Shown here: one piece after another, positions 34,694-36,733 of the stretch
How positions within the stretch are numbered: position 1 is the first letter of the stretch
Layout: each line of letters starts with the position of its first letter
NCBI GenBank assembly: GCA_964196045.1
Contig: CAXMRH010000154.1
Location: forward strand, 1 to 36,733
Direction: 5' to 3'
DNA length: 36,733 bases
Source of the DNA: an uncultured Chthoniobacterales bacterium
GTDB taxonomy: Bacteria > Actinomycetota > Acidimicrobiia > Acidimicrobiales > SHLQ01
The notes under the pieces: generated by a model
The model's input: the letters and a program-made list of their open reading frames with translations, nothing else
What the model was told of the DNA's origin: nothing
Database searches by the model: none
Made by a program: the position numbers and the translations under genes

Positions 34694-35536
34694 ATGTTTG
34701 AAGCGGATGTCGATTCCCTCGACGAGCAGATGGAAGCCATCATCGACGAACTCTTGTGCGGCCCAGGAGCCGTTGTCATCCGAGGCGCATTCAGTCCCGA
34801 GGAGGTCGCGACGGCTCGCGACCTCATCATGAAATACTCGGCGCACGAGGACCGCGAGACGCACTTCCAGGGCGCAAACGAGGACCAACTCCACATGCAA
34901 CGTCGGGTCTGGAACCTGTTGAACAAGGGCGAGATCTTCGAAGCGATGATCCAACACCCCGATGTCGTGAAGATCGCTTCGGCCTTTCTCGGCGACAAGT
35001 TCATCTTGGGGTCGATCGCGGCGAACCGCCTGCTGCCAGGAGGACCCGGACAGGAACCCCACATCGACTACCCCTACTGGGACATGTACGAACGAGAAGG
35101 GTTCCCCGCTCGCATCAACTCGAGCTATCCGCTCAACATGCAGCTGACGATCCCTCTCGACCCGTTCAACGAACTGTCTGGCGCGAGCGCGTTTCTCGCT
35201 GGTTCACAGGGTGAGCTGCTCTACCCCGAGAAAGCCGACCGCGACCGCTTCTTCGCTGAATGTGGACGTATGTCGGCAGACCCCGGGGACGCGATCATGT
35301 TCAACGGCATGGTCTGGCACTGTGCGATGCCCAACAACAGCGACCATGAACGCACGGCGATTCTGATCGAGTACTTGGCGAAGTTCGTGACGCCGCTCGA
35401 GGATCTGAAGTCGGGAGTCCGACAAGAGGTGGTGGACAGAGGCACCCCAATGCTTCACCAACTAATGGCGCTCACGTATCCCTATCCCAAGCTCTTCGAC
35501 GAAGCCGAGGCCTTGAACACCATCGGCCGAGACTGA
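34694..35536 (+). CDS. PhyH (phytanoyl-CoA dioxygenase) family Fe(II)/2-oxoglutarate dioxygenase
   Basis: 280 aa. AAGGAG lies 7 nt upstream. Facial-triad-like HIDYPYWD (HxD) and a distal WHCAMPN His. Confidence 0.7.
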   Translation: MFEADVDSLDEQMEAIIDELLCGPGAVVIRGAFSPEEVATARDLIMKYSAHEDRETHFQGANEDQLHMQRRVWNLLNKGEIFEAMIQHPDVVKIASAFLGDKFILGSIAANRLLPGGPGQEPHIDYPYWDMYEREGFPARINSSYPLNMQLTIPLDPFNELSGASAFLAGSQGELLYPEKADRDRFFAECGRMSADPGDAIMFNGMVWHCAMPNNSDHERTAILIEYLAKFVTPLEDLKSGVRQEVVDRGTPMLHQLMALTYPYPKLFDEAEALNTIGRD

Positions 35537-35541
35537 GCTCG

Positions 35542-36570
35542 TCAGCGATCTTCTTCGGGTAGGTCTAGTCCGGACCTGGGACCAAGCCGCTTCTCCGATA
35601 GCTTCCGGCGACGCTCGAACCAGAGACCACCAATCATGATCGAAGCAACGGACACGATCGCTGCGATCAGAAGTGACCGGTCCTCGGTCGTCCCTGGCTC
35701 ATTTGCAGTATCAGCGTCGTCGGCTGCCTCGAGGTCTCCCGTGACGAGCTCCTTCCGTGGCGCCGAAGCGTCACCCACATCAGCAACCACGTCGTCAGCC
35801 TCATCGTTGACCGAGGCCGGTGCATCGGTGTCGAGCACGATCTCGGGCTCGGCCAACTCATCGAAGAAGATCGCTGTCCCAAACACACTCGGGTTCTGGA
35901 ACGAGGTGTCGCTCACGTCGGCTGTCGACCAGCTGAGCTTGGTGTCCCGGTCGCCACCGTCCGAACCGTTCACCTGAATTTGCAGACCGAAACTTGCGCG
36001 ATGTGCGGGTGCTGTCAGACCCGATAGATCGAGCGCGACCTCCACACCCCATCCATCCGCCGTAGCGAAAACGAACCCGCTCACGTTCATCGATGCGGCG
36101 TTGTTTCCGCTGATCGTCAAACTGTTTGGATCATCGTTCTCGATGTCGACTGGAGAGACCGTGATTTGCGCGATTCCTGGGCCGTACGTGGTTACGTTCT
36201 GATCGGCCGAAAAGTTCACGTAGAGCTCGATCGAGTCTTCATTCCAGTAGTTGTCGCCGTGTTCGCCAGCAACGATCGAACTGTCGGCGATCGTCGCAGC
36301 GAAGTACAGCTCCTGGCCATCGGCGGCCACCTGCCACTTCACCTCGCCAGTGTCCGCAGGGTTCGGACCGCCGCTGGTCGATACGAGTGGCACCCCGCTC
36401 CAATCGGAGAGATCGCCATCGATCACGATGCCGCTGGCCTTCGACAACGGCACGAAGATCGATTCGCCAGGTTTACCTTGTGGCACCTCTGCCCCCGCAG
36501 GCTGGGATGTTGCGACAAACCAACCTCCAAGAACTGCTACCAAAACCACAAGCACGAGTCGTTCACGCAT
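35542..36570 (-). CDS. secreted CBM9/DOMON-like carbohydrate-binding protein with C-terminal membrane anchor
   Basis: ATG 36570. Signal peptide LVLVVLVAVLGGWFVATSQPAGA. VIDGDLSDWSGVP...LYFAATIAD...WNEDSIELYVN resembles the CBM9 pattern. Acidic linker, then the TM segment LLIAAIVSVASIMIGGLWF followed by RRRK. Confidence 0.55.
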   Translation of the reverse strand: MRERLVLVVLVAVLGGWFVATSQPAGAEVPQGKPGESIFVPLSKASGIVIDGDLSDWSGVPLVSTSGGPNPADTGEVKWQVAADGQELYFAATIADSSIVAGEHGDNYWNEDSIELYVNFSADQNVTTYGPGIAQITVSPVDIENDDPNSLTISGNNAASMNVSGFVFATADGWGVEVALDLSGLTAPAHRASFGLQIQVNGSDGGDRDTKLSWSTADVSDTSFQNPSVFGTAIFFDELAEPEIVLDTDAPASVNDEADDVVADVGDASAPRKELVTGDLEAADDADTANEPGTTEDRSLLIAAIVSVASIMIGGLWFERRRKLSEKRLGPRSGLDLPEEDR

Positions 36571-36611
36571 GTGTGTCAAACAAGTCCACCTCCTTTCGCT
36601 TCGATGTGTCG

Positions 36612-36733
36612 TCAAGATTTGGCTTGGTTTCGGAGTCTTACATTCCTCTGAGGCCGACGACGCCGATCGGCACGTGCAGCAACGAACACGACAACCACCA
36701 GAGCCCCGAGCACCGCGATAACAGCGATCAGTC
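36612..36733 (-). CDS. partial CDS, 3' end only: C-terminal TM anchor plus Arg-rich stop-transfer tail
   Basis: My own translation of the minus strand entering from the window edge reads LIAVIAVLGALVVVVFVAARADRRRRPQRNVRLRNQAKS*. Not in the ORF track because the start lies outside the window. Confidence 0.35.
   Translation of the reverse strand, partial: LIAVIAVLGALVVVVFVAARADRRRRPQRNVRLRNQAKS

Overview
High-GC, Actinomycetota-like chromosomal window, almost entirely coding and mostly on the minus strand. I found no rRNA, tRNA, CRISPR array or mobile element.

Left third (1-11.5 kb):
- An RsbW/RsbV-type partner-switching pair.
- A divergent DExH helicase with a C-terminal Cys-cluster (MrfA/DUF1998-type) domain.
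- A minus-strand Tad/Flp pilus operon: ssd/tadZ-like, tadA, tadB, tadC, flp, tadE-like.
- The operon runs on into a membrane HD-GYP phosphodiesterase and an FN3 lipoprotein. The HD-GYP protein carries a C-terminal Thr/Pro/Ala tandem-repeat linker plus a cadherin-like domain.
- A HAD-IB hydrolase lies divergent to the operon. From memory, this helicase / tad / ssd / HAD order matches the conserved actinobacterial arrangement.

Right two thirds (11.5-35.5 kb), a large inositol/cyclitol catabolic supercluster:
- Core genes: iolG, iolD, iolB, iolC and iolE, plus two further Gfo/Idh/MocA oxidoreductases.
- A second IolB/KduI-like cupin paired with an SDR, and a LacD-type class I aldolase.
- An RmlD-like reductase, a D-2-hydroxyacid dehydrogenase and a PanB-family paralog.
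- A sugar ABC transporter: lipoprotein SBP, a 692-aa permease and an ATPase.
- A LacI-family regulator with a perfect 20-bp palindromic operator, translationally coupled to a genuine xylA, followed by a PhyH-family dioxygenase.

Most notable observations:
1. A membrane histidine-box di-iron oxygenase is fused to a Rieske domain and embedded by start/stop overlaps inside the iol operon. This resembles a fused MocD-MocE rhizopine/O-methyl-inositol demethylase.
2. The HD-GYP protein has a putatively extracytoplasmic cadherin-like domain and sits at the tail of the Tad operon.
3. Two repeat-bearing intercistronic segments lie directly upstream of iolC and iolG and are read through as protein tails.
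4. The ABC permease is about twice the usual length because of an internal hydrophobic insertion.

All functional calls come from reading motifs in the translations. No database search was run.
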